The notes beneath the pieces were generated by a model. That model worked only from the letters and a program-made list of their open reading frames with translations, was not told the DNA's origin and searched no databases. The translations under genes and the position numbers were made by a program. Below, in pieces: positions 52,961 through 64,000 of a stretch of 64,000 bases of DNA. Position 1 is the first letter of the stretch. Each line of letters opens with the position of its first letter. Location: NCBI GenBank assembly GCA_951406725.2, contig OX597822.1:116932001-116996000 (forward strand). The letters run 5' to 3'. The DNA comes from Octopus vulgaris. Its lineage: Eukaryota.

Positions 52961-55205
52961 AAACTCTTTGTTAGGCTTTATGTGAAACTGATAAAATTAA
53001 GGTTCTGTTATGAAATAAAATTAAAAAACAAAAAAACAAAAACAAGAAAAGAAGATCCAGAACCATCCATTGTGAGCTAATTACAACTATTTATTATTAG
53101 TATTAAAAGTAGTTGATCTTTGTGCTGTTATGATAGTTAAAAAGAAACTTTAGCTCTTCTGGCTGTTGTTGTTGTTAGCATGTGATCAGCTCAGATAAAT
53201 CAGATCTATGATCAAAGATAGTCCAGCCATGACATAGCCAGTTCTTTTTTTGTCTTTTTTTTGAGATAGTGTATCTTGTACTACAATGTCCAATGTCTCT
53301 TTCTGTTTCTTTAAAATTCTAGACTCAGATTTGAGGAAGATTTATAATGAAAAAGGTTGCTTTGTAGCCACAAGGGTTCAATTTCAGGCCCACTGGGTGG
53401 CAACGGGCTTCTACTGTAGGCCCATGTCAACCAATGGCTTGTGAGTGAATTTAGTTAACAGAAACTACGTGGCAGGCCTTTGCGTGTGTGTGTGTGTGTG
53501 TGTGTGTACATTGTCATCATGTCTATCTTCTCTCATCCTCGCATCGGTTGCGTGGAGTTTATTGAGGCAGACTTTCTCCAACACAAAACCCTCTGACGAC
53601 CCTTTAACCATCCAACAGATCAGCATACACTTTTACCCTTTTACTTGTTTCAGTCACTTGACTGTGGTCATGCTGGAGCACTGCCTTTAGTCGGATCAAA
53701 TCGACCCCAGGACTTATTCTTCGTAAGCCAAGTACTTATTCTATCGGTCTCTTTTGCCGAACCGCTAAGTTATGGGGACGTAAACACACCAACATCGGTT
53801 GTCAAGCGATGTTTGGGGCACAAACACATACATATACATATATTCTTTCAGTTTCTGTCTACCAAATCCACTCACAAGGCTTTGGTCGGCTCGGGGCTAT
53901 AGTAGAAGACACTTGCCCAAGGTGCTACGCAGTGGGACTGAACCCAGAACCATATGGTTCGTAAGCAAGCTACTTACCACACAGCCACTCCTGCGCCTAT
54001 AAATATTTGCTGCAGATAACAAAGCCCAATACAAAATAGGAGCACCGTGTAAGCCTAAGATATTGTTAATGTCTCTTTTAGCAAAAAGCAGCCCCATGGG
54101 GCTTGGGGGGGGGGCTTTGAGACTGATTAGAAGACATCTGTTAATAAAGGTAATTTTTTAAATTTTCTTTAAGGCTTAACCATGGGACAGGAGTGAGTCC
54201 ATCAACTTGTATAAACCTGGTGAGATAGGATGATCAATAAATCTGTTTAGACTTTTAGCATTCAGACTTCTCTCTGTCAAATGCTTACCTATTCGTTCCT
54301 AGTGTCTTGAATTAATCATGCATTCTCTTGCAGCTTTGTAATTTCAATGATGTGATTTGTTTACTTTTAGAATGGCATTGTAGGGTAGATGTAAGAGGCT
54401 GGATCTGGCCAGTTTGAACATAAAGAAGGTAGAATATTTTGACTGGATATGACTGGTTTAAATGCTAAAGGGTTAGACATCTTGAAGTGAAGAGCTGAAG
54501 AAAAAACATTGTGGTGAAATGGATGGGACAACCCAGTTAGTAGAAGTAGAAGCTATTGTAATACTAATAGAAAAGAAAAAAAAAAACAAGAGTTGGGGGG
54601 GGAAGCAGTATGTTTGTGGTGATGGAGCTGTATTGTGTTGGTACCTGAAACTCTGCCAATCAGAAACTGATGGCTCTATTTTAGACTTAAAGAGCAAGTT
54701 TAGGCCAATCATCATTTTACTTCCTAATTTCATGTTGGCATGGGTTGGATGGGAGAAAGCAGGACCAGATATTTAATATATACATTCCATCACCATTAAT
54801 AGCCAAGTCGTTTGCATGTGGGCCAGTTAATTAGCTAGCAGTTACACAGGGAAGGTTTCACTAGAGCCCCTTAAGTATCAGCTAATAACACTCAACCGTT
54901 AGTTGCATCATGTCTGCACCTAAGTGTAGACAGATAGTATTCTTCTAAGATAATTAGCGACTGCCAGTTGCCTGTTGGTACATGATGTAACCCGATCTGA
55001 ATGTTCAAATGGGATGCAGTAGTGCAGATGTAAGGGTGCAATGTTTTGACGATGAATAAAACTGCATTACTGACAGTAATGTACACACACACACACATGC
55101 AAAAGGTGTTGAACTTGACAAAACAGATTGTGTAACGATGATACTGATTATGATTGTGTTCACATTTATGAATATATGCGTGTGTGAGTATAAATTACAT
55201 ATAAC

Positions 55206-55647
<442 letters not shown>

Positions 55648-56961
55648 GACAAGAAATAATTTTTGCCACTTTTTATGGAAACAAAAGGGTTTACAAGACT
55701 GCGAGAAAGAAGTGCCAAAGGTAACTGAGACGGAGATAAAGAAACATTGATCACAGAACAAACATCAAATTCAAGTCAACGACTTTTTATACAACACCAA
55801 ACCTCCAAACATTTGATCGTATATAAATATCAGCATGGTTCTAAAGTATATACATATAAAAAAACACAGAAGGTAAAAATATATACACGAATAAAAATAC
55901 AGATATATAGAACGGCCTATCAAAAAGGAATATACAATCGACTAAAAATACTAAAGCATGTCATGCTACTTAAAAATCTAAATAAAATAAAATATCAATC
56001 GACTAAAAAAAGATTAAAAATTTTTTTTTTGTCAGCTGACTGGCAAAAAAAAAAAATATATATTCTTTTATGGCTTCAGTCATTTGATTGCGGCCAAGCT
56101 GGAGTAGCCTTTAGCTGAACAAATCGACCCCAGGACTTATTCTTTGCAAGCCTAGTACTTATTCTATTGGTCTTTTCTGCCAAGCCACTAAGTTACGGGG
56201 AAGCAACGGTTGTCAAGCGATGGTGGGTGTGTGTGTGTGTGTGGGGGGGCAAACAGACACACAAGCATACACACACACATACATATATATAACGACAGGC
56301 GAGCTGGCAGAAACGTTAACACGCCGGGCGAAATGCGTAGCCGCATTTCGTCTGCCGTTACGTTCTGAGTTCAAATTCCGCTGACTTTGCCTTTCATCCT
56401 TTCGGGGTCGATTAAATAAGTACCAGTTACGCACTGGGGTCGATGTAATCGACTTAATACCTATGTCTGTCCTTGTTTGTCCTCCCTGTGTTTAGCCCCT
56501 TGTGGGTAGTAAAGAAATATATATATACGACAGGCTTCTTTCAGTTTCCATCTACCAAATCCACTCACAATTCATCATACTGGGATGGCCCAACACAAAA
56601 CTTCTTTCTTTTGTTCATGGGCTAAAAATATGAAAATTCTGTCCTTCACATCAACAAGCATTCTAACTATGAACATTTCGAAAATTGTTTAATGAATTCG
56701 TGTGTTTTTGCTTAAATTTTCCAACTGTGACCATCTCATCTATTCTTATGGATTCGCAGATTTTTTTTCTCATGTGGCTGTGTGATTAAGTACCTTGCTT
56801 TGCAACCACATGGTTTCAGGTTCAGTCCCACTGCGTGGTACTATAGGCAAGTGTTTTCTACTATAGCATTTGGGAGACAGTAACTGTGTGGAAGCCTGTT
56901 CCGTGTGTGTCTCTGTCCTCATCCCTCCACATGACAAGTGCTGGTTTGTTTACTTCCCTAT

Positions 56962-57158
56962 AAATTAATGAGTCACCATGATAGATCGTTAGCCACTACA
57001 CACATTTTTTTTCTCTCCTAGATTTCTCTGTGTTCCTTTCTGTAGAAGAGCGTAGGTTCGAAACGTAAAAGACTTTTTCTATTCCTGAGCGTTATACTAT
57101 TATACTAATACATCTGTTTGTTTTCTGTTCGTTTTTTGTTTTTTTTGTAAACTCTCCT
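56962..57158 (+). mobile_element. Hammerhead-carrying short element inserted in a family A SINE (core 57036-57071)
   Basis: CTTT-CTGTAGA-A-GAGC-gtag-GTTC-GAAAC-GTA-AAAG. cctataa occurs on both sides of the insert. Confidence 0.6.
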
Positions 57159-58869
57159 ATAACTTAACGGTTCAGCAAAAGAGACTGATAGAATAGGTAC
57201 CAGGCTTAAAAGAAAATAAGTACTGGGGTCAATTTATTAGAGTAAACCCTTCAAGACAGAGCCCCAGTATGGCTGTGGTCCAATGAGTGAAACCAGTAGA
57301 AGATAAAAGAAACTGTTCCAACCATGACCATCTGGTTTTACTATGGAAGTAGAGTCTTTTTTATAGTATTTTCCAGCTGTGCCCATACTGTTATGGATTC
57401 ACAGATTTTTTTTTCAACATTTGTAAGAACAAAAGCATTCCAGCTGTGACCACTCAAGCTTAATATGAGTGAGATTTGGCTGCTATTTCAAGGAAACATA
57501 GCTACCTCGTATTGCTGGGATCTTGAAGAGAAATACATTTGCAGCTAAACAACCTGGTTTTCAATGTCAGCAGACGGTGTCTAGTGTCAACCTCATTAAC
57601 AGAACTATGGCAAATATTAGCGGCAAGCTGTCGCACTGTCTCTCAGTGTATGTATTTGGGTGTATATAATTATGTGTGAGTGTGTAGGGGGAGGGGTGTA
57701 TGCAGGTATGTACCCAGGGTTTATTTCTATACTTTCTTCTCGCATCGTCTGACGACCCACCCACCGTCTGCATCTTATGTTCACCTTGTGGCTTGCCAGT
57801 TTTCTCCATCACTACCTTCCTTTAAGCCCTCAGCATTTAATCCAGTCACATCCAGCCAAAATATTCCACCTGCTTCATTGCTAAAACCCCCGAAAAGATC
57901 CAGCCCCTCACACCTACCCAACAATGTCATCCTAAAGATATACAAACGCACCATTGAAATCTTGACGCAACAAGATAACATGTGATTAATTCAAAGCAAT
58001 GTGAATAAATAAGCATCACATTTGACAGATAAATTTGAATGTTAAATGGTTAACCTCTTTTTCAAGAACTACCACCCACCTTCTATATATAATACAAAGT
58101 AGTCATGTATCTCCCGAAAGAGCAAGACATAAGCTTGTCAACTCTCTCTCTCTCTTACTTTAGTTAACACCTGGCATAAAGCCACCTTTTCTCCACAAAT
58201 AATTCTTCATTTAGTAGTGGCAGTTTTTCTCTTTCCCTCATTCTGTTCTTTTTCTGCCTTGCAAGTAACTTGGTAATTTCACTTAGTGCCGATGGCATGA
58301 AAAAAAAACAAAAAAACCAAGCATTACACTGTGTAAAGTGACTGGGTGTGAGGACGAGCATCTAATTGTAGAAACCAAGGCTAAGAGTATGGCCTTGCGG
58401 CTTGCTGGATCCTGTCAAACTGTCCAACCCATACCAACATTGAAAGTGGAAGTTAAAGATGATGATGATGATGATGATGTGCATGTCTATGTATGCACAT
58501 GGGTATGTGTTTATGTATATGCGAATGGCACATAAAAAGCACCCACTACACTCTCGGAGTCGTTGGCATTAGGAAGGGCATCCAGCTGTAGAAACTCTGC
58601 CAGATCAAAACTGGAGCCTGGTGCAGCCATCTGGTTCGCCAGCCCTCAGTCAAACTCGTCCAACCCATGCTAGCATGGAAAGCGGACGTTAAACGATGAT
58701 GATGATGATGCATAACTGCATGCGTACATGTCCAGATGTTCATATGAACTTGTGACCCCCTGAATGCGTATATACTTATAGATTTTCTATGGCTGGATGC
58801 CCTTCCAGTGGCTGATCCTCGCTTGTTTCCAAGCAGGCTTATATTCCCATGGCTACACATGTTTATATA

Positions 58870-59650
58870 ATTATGGAGTGAATTTTAGGGCTTATAAATC
58901 TAATATTCTCCTATCCTTCCTTAATATTGGCTCCCATATGCTACTCATATCTGCACTCAGTCTGCTAAGGAGGTTGTTGTGTCCTAGCATATGTGCTGCT
59001 TCTTTTAGTTTTCGTATTTTCCAGTGGTGTTCTCTGTCTATTATTTTAACTTCATCCCACAGGGGAAGGTGGTCTCCATTTTACCACATATGATCAGCTA
59101 TACCCAATTTATCAATATCTCCTCATGTCATAGCTTTGCAATGTTCCTCTACCCCTATTTTGAGGGGGTAGCATGTTTCACCTTTGTATAACCTACCACA
59201 GCTGCATGGGATGGAGTACATGCAGTCTTTGGTCATATTCTCTTCTATTGGTGGTTTTACTCGAAGGAGATATTTGCAAAGTGCTGTATTACTCTTGAAT
59301 ACTGTTCTAATGTCATATGGGCCACATATCTTTTGGATTTTTTTCAGAGAGGCCCTTCACATAGGGTAGACAGACTGTGGACAGTTCATTGGTTTCATCC
59401 TCTCTTTTCTTTATAACTGGAGTGGAGAGTATGTTTTGGGGGTAGTTGTTGCTTAACAGACTGTTACTGAGCTTGATGATTTCTTCGTGGTGGGTATCAC
59501 GACCACTACTTATGTTTTAGGCTCGATGTTTTAGGCACTGAGCAATCCTTCTCTTTACACTGTATGGATGGTGGGAATTGAAGTTGAGGTATTGTCCAGT
59601 GAAAGTCAGCTTGCAGTATACAGATGTCCTGAATCCATACTTGGTGCATG
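58870..59650 (-). pseudogene. Penelope-like element: RT thumb/linker and GIY-YIG endonuclease, 5'-truncated
   Basis: TSVYCKLTFTGQYLNFNSHHPYSVK, CMYSIPCSCGRLYKGET..LKIGVEEH, GIADHMW and RKLKEAAHM in broken frames. Confidence 0.85.
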
Positions 59651-59755
59651 TAATTAATACCCCAAGACACCTGATGAAGGGTGGAAGGTACATCAGCCGA
59701 AACGTGTTAACAACAAACAAGATGAGGACAAATATGCGTCAAATGTAAATAGTGT
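59651..59755 (+). mobile_element. Inverted Penelope pLTR segment with hammerhead core (59667-59708)
   Basis: ACAC-CTGATGA-A-GGgTG..CAGCC-GAAAC-GTGT, opposite in orientation to the adjacent Penelope ORF and ending in (TA)n. Confidence 0.65.
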
Positions 59756-59762
59756 ATATATA

Positions 59763-59915
59763 TAGTTGAAATTTACAAAAAAAACAAGACGAAGACAGGT
59801 GTGTAAACAACAAACAGGTGTATTAGTTTAACACTCAAGAAGGTGAGAAAGTCTTTTACGTTTCAAGCCTATGCTCTTCAACAGAAAGGAACATGAGAAA
59901 ATAAAGAGAGAGAGA
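59763..59915 (-). mobile_element. TA-flanked hammerhead-carrying short element (core 59853-59888)
   Basis: Minus strand CTTT-CTGTTGA-A-GAGC-atag-GCTT-GAAAC-GTA-AAAG; same family as 56962-57158. Confidence 0.6.
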
Positions 59916-59917
59916 GA

Positions 59918-59948
<31 letters not shown>

Positions 59949-60985
59949 ATCATCGTCATCATTTAACATCTGTTGTCCATGCTGGCATGGGTTGGATGGT
60001 TTGACTGGGCTGGGATGCTGGCACGATGTACCAGATTCCAGTCTGATTTGGTATGGTTTTCTATGGCTAGATGCCCTCCTAATGCCAACCACTCCAAGAG
60101 TGTAATGGGTGCTGTTACATGCCACTGGCAGGGGTGCCATTTGTGTGACACTGGGGTGCTTTTACGTGCCATTTTGCATGACACCAGTATCTGCCACAAC
60201 TGTAATTTTGCTCTGCTTGATGGATCTTCTGAAGCACGACATAATGCCAAAAGTCTAGGTTATTGCCTCTGTGAGGCCCAATACTTGAGTATATATATAT
60301 ATATCATCATCATTGTTTAACGTCCGTTTTCCGTGCTAGCATGGGTTGGACGGTTCGACTAAGGTCTGGGAAGCCAGGAGACTGCACCAGGCTCTAGTCT
60401 TATCTGGCAATGTTTCTACAGCTGGATGCCCTTCTTAATGCCAACCACTCCGTGAGTGTAGTGGGTGCTTTTTACATGCCATCGGCACAGGTGCCAGGCG
60501 AGGCTGGCGACGTCCACAATTGGTAGGTGCTTTTTACGTGCCACTGGCACAGGCACAGGGATAGAGTTTGCTTTGTTGACCTCTGGTTTTCTGTTGTATC
60601 TCACAGTGCAGCAGTTTGGGCAAGTGTCTTCTGCTAGGTTGGACCAACTGACGCCTCCGAAGTGAAATTGGTAGGTTAAAACTGTATGGAAGCCAAGCAT
60701 ACACACACAGAGTGTGGTTTATTCAATCTCACCTGTATACACTAATATACCAGGTTTTAAGTACACACGTGCGTGTTTGTATCGGTGTGTCTTTATTTCC
60801 TAAATGATGTTTTAGAGAAGTTTAACATAACAAACCCCAAGTATCCCTAGACCCATCCTATCACCTAAGGTGTCACGATATTAAACCCCCCCCCCCACCA
60901 GATGTTATTATATCTGCCTCTGACAATGTCACCACATATCAAACGTAAAAGAAAACAAAGTGATTACACAATCTGTTTCCCCTGA

Positions 60986-61007
60986 TCACATGATGTGCGC
61001 ATGCGCA
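60986..61007. promoter_or_regulatory. E-box (TCACATGA) next to a perfect NRF1-type palindrome (TGCGCATGCGCA)
   Basis: Both motifs are seen directly in apparently non-repetitive, CpG-poor DNA; function is not shown. Confidence 0.35.
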
Positions 61008-61558
61008 TAAATTTTAATTTACAATACACTAGATTGTCGGAATTAGTTTCTATAGGCATACAAATAAACAAACAATGAGAACGATGGCGACGTCAACAAC
61101 AACAACAACAATCCTTCCTTTATTTAACCACTGAGAGCAATTATATACGATACATTCATGCGTAGAAAATGTGAAATGCTAAAAACTTGAGGGGGGGAGT
61201 CTTCTAAAACTGTAGAGTAGGAGAAACCAGTTATGGACAAACAAAGGGAGAGATGAAAGGCATTATACAATAAATGTGGGGACAAGGTTGAATAATTTAT
61301 ATGTATGAAGAAATTATTGTTTCTGACAAAGGCTTCTTCTCAGTTGTGTCACGAGGCTGATTAATCTAGAGTTTATCCCAGTTTCCAGGGTTAAAAGTGA
61401 CCAAAAGGAAAATACTCCCTACTGAACAGGAGGAGTATTATTGTACTTTTGTTGTTCCCCTGAGTAGCTTGGAGGAAGGCAAAGTGCTTTGCTTAACCTT
61501 TTAGCATTCAGATTACTCAATCAAATGTAATTCTTATTTTTTTTCACATTGTTTTGAA

Positions 61559-64000
61559 TCGTCGTTGTTTAACGTCCGCTTTCCATGCTAGCATGGGTTG
61601 GATGATTTTGACTGGGGGCTGGCGAACCAGATGGCTGCACCAGGCTCCTATCTGATCTGGCAGAGTTTCTACAGCTTGATACCCTTCCTAACGCCAACCA
61701 CTCCAAGAGTGTAGTGGGTGCTTTTTACGTGCCACCGGCATGGGGGCCAATCAGGCGGTACTGGCAACGACCTCGCTCGAATCTCTTTACAAATGCCACC
61801 AGCACAGGTGCCAGTAAGGCGACGTTGGTAACGATCACGCTCGAATGGTGCCTTTTTACATGCCATCGGCATGGAAGCCAGTAGGCTGCTCTGGCAACGA
61901 TCATGCTCGGATGGTACACTTGGCACCCTACTAGCACAGGGCATAAGTGCCAGTAAGGTGATGCTGGTAACAATCACACTCGAATGGTGCCTTTTATGTG
62001 CCACTGGCATGGAAGCCGGTTAGCCGCTCTTTCAACGATCACACTCGTATGGTGCTCTTTACACCCCGCTAGTATGGATGCCAGTCATCAAATGTGATTT
62101 TAATTTTGATTTCACTTGCTTCAACAGGTCTTCACAAGCAGAGTTTAGTGTCCAAGGAAGGAAAAGGTACACATAAGTGGGCTGGTTACGCTCCTGGCAT
62201 AGGCCACAGGTTATGGTCTCACTTGGCTTGCCAGGTCTTCTCAAGCAAAGCATATTTCCAAAAGTCTCGGTCACTAGTCATTTCCTTAGTGAGGCCTAAT
62301 GTTCGAAGGTTGTGCTTCACCACTTCATCCCAGGTCTTCCTGGATCTACCTCTTCCACAGGTTCCCTCAAACGCTAGGGTGTGGCACTTTTTCACACAGC
62401 CATCATCCTCCATTCTCACCACATGGCTATACCAGCGCAGTCATCTCTCTTGCACACCACATCTGATGCTTCTTAGGTTCAACATTTCTCTCAAGGTACC
62501 TACACTCTGTTGAGTATGCACACTGACATTACACATCCATCGGATCATACTGGCTTCATTCCTTGCGAGCTTGCGCATGTCCTCAGCAGTCACAGCCCAT
62601 GTTTCACTGCCATGTAGCATGGCTGTTCGTACACATGCATCATACAGTCTACCTTTTCCTCTGAGCGAGAAGCCCTTTGTCGCCAGCAGAGGTAAGGGCT
62701 CTCTGAACTTTGCCAAGGTTATTCTTATTCTAGCAGCTACACTTTCAGCACACCCTCCCCCGCTACTGACTTGGTCACATAGGTAACGGAAATTATCAAC
62801 TACTTCTAGTTTTTCTCCCTGGAATGTGGTGGAAGTTGGTCTCTGCGCATTTTCAGTGTTTATTGTTCCCGAGCATCTGCCACATACAAAAATTATCTTC
62901 CTAGTTAGCCTTCCTTTGATATTACTGCATCTCTTATGTGTCCATAGCTTACACTGGGTACATGTTATAGAGTTTCTACCGATGCCTCTACTACAGATTG
63001 AGCAGGGCCATCTACCTGAAGGGATTTGTGGTTTGCCTGCTTTCCTACATATTAGGACTTTGGTTTTAGCTAGGTTGATTCTAAGGCCCTTCAATTCTAA
63101 TCCTTGTTTCCACACTTGAAACTTCTCTTCCAGTTCTGATAGTGACTCAGCAATTAGAGCAAGGTCATCAGCATAGAGGAGCTCCCAGGAGCATCCTGTC
63201 TTGAATTCCTCCGTAATTGCCTGGAGGACTATGATAAATAGGAGGGGGCTGAGGATTGAGCCTTGGTGGACCCCCAACCTCTACCTGGAATTCTTCACTG
63301 TACTCGTTGCCAACCCTCACCTTACTAACAGCGTCCCTGTACATGGCTCGCACAGCTCTCACTAACCATTCATCTATCCCTAGTTTCCTCATTGACCACC
63401 AGATAAGGGATCGGGCGACCCTGTCAAAGGCTTTCTCCAAGTCAACGAAAGCCAGGTACAGAGGTTTATCTTTGGCTAGGTATTTCTCCTGCAGCTGTCT
63501 CACCAGAAATATGACATCGGTGGTGCTTTTCCCTGGCACAAAACCAAACTGCATCTCATCCAGGTTGACTCTCTCCCTAATCAGTTGGGCTATGACCCTT
63601 TCCGTAACCTTCATTACCTGATCCAACAGCTTGATACCTCTGTAATTATTTGTATCTAAAGCGTCACCTTTACCTTTGTAGCAGTTGACTATTATGCTGC
63701 TACACCAGTCATTGGGTATGACTCCTTCGTGTATCACCTGGTTGACTATACGGGTGACTAGGTTATAGCCGACACTGCCAGATATTTTGAGCATCTCTGC
63801 AGTAATTCCTAATGGGCCTGGGGCTTTCTCTGTCTTCATGCTTCTAATTGCCTTATCTACCAAGGAACTGTCAACTCGGATAGCTGGTCCCTCTGTTGGG
63901 TCAACATTTGGCAGACTCTGTTTCTCCCATTCATTGTCTTTATTCAGCAACCTTTCATAGTGGCATCTCCAAATCTCTCTCTTTGCATCCTCATTCAGCG
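61559..64000 (-). mobile_element. RTE-clade LINE: reverse transcriptase (frameshifts near 63275 and 62440), C-terminus and 3' UTR; runs off the window
   Basis: KAPGP.GITAEMLK, NYRGIKLL, QFGF.PGKSTTD, AFVDLEKAFDRV, GVHQGSILSPLLF, LLYADD and YDACVRTAMLHGSETW. Its 3' UTR is the same kind as about 20 short (GAT)n-tailed fragments in the window (e.g. 7094, 7805, 8960, 10148, 18297, 26871, 39466, 50468, 58527, 59950, 60304). Confidence 0.95.

Noticed and set aside
55747-56118. 123-aa Lys/Ile-rich ORF
   Set aside because: A-rich low-complexity sequence running into a SINE; no recognisable domain.

Overview
This is AT-rich, repeat-dense animal genomic DNA. Its SINE, RTE and microsatellite landscape points to an octopus (coleoid cephalopod); that is an inference, not a database result. 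The only host gene I can support is the 3' end of SMC6 on the minus strand: three spliced exons (40507-40355, 39314-39217, 17245-17119) with GT-AG sites and consistent phases. They encode the LSGGERS signature, the Walker B/D-loop (LDEFDVFMD) and the C-terminus, and the last intron is about 22 kb. Everything else is intronic or intergenic and built from nested mobile elements: several tRNA-headed SINE families, RTE, CR1 and R4-type LINE fragments, a decayed Gypsy pol, Tc1/mariner, hAT, piggyBac and Helitron derivatives, and a Penelope GIY-YIG fragment. Three signals stand out. (1) Seven minimal hammerhead-ribozyme-like motifs lie in short, mostly TA-flanked, Penelope-type elements, with compensatory stem I changes, a shared CUGU core variant and ~108-bp fold-back arms. 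(2) A complete C4HC3 PHD finger is inserted inside the RTE reverse transcriptase. (3) A variable-number tandem array of pseudoknot-capable units lies in the RTE 3' UTR. Repeat boundaries were read by eye and are approximate.
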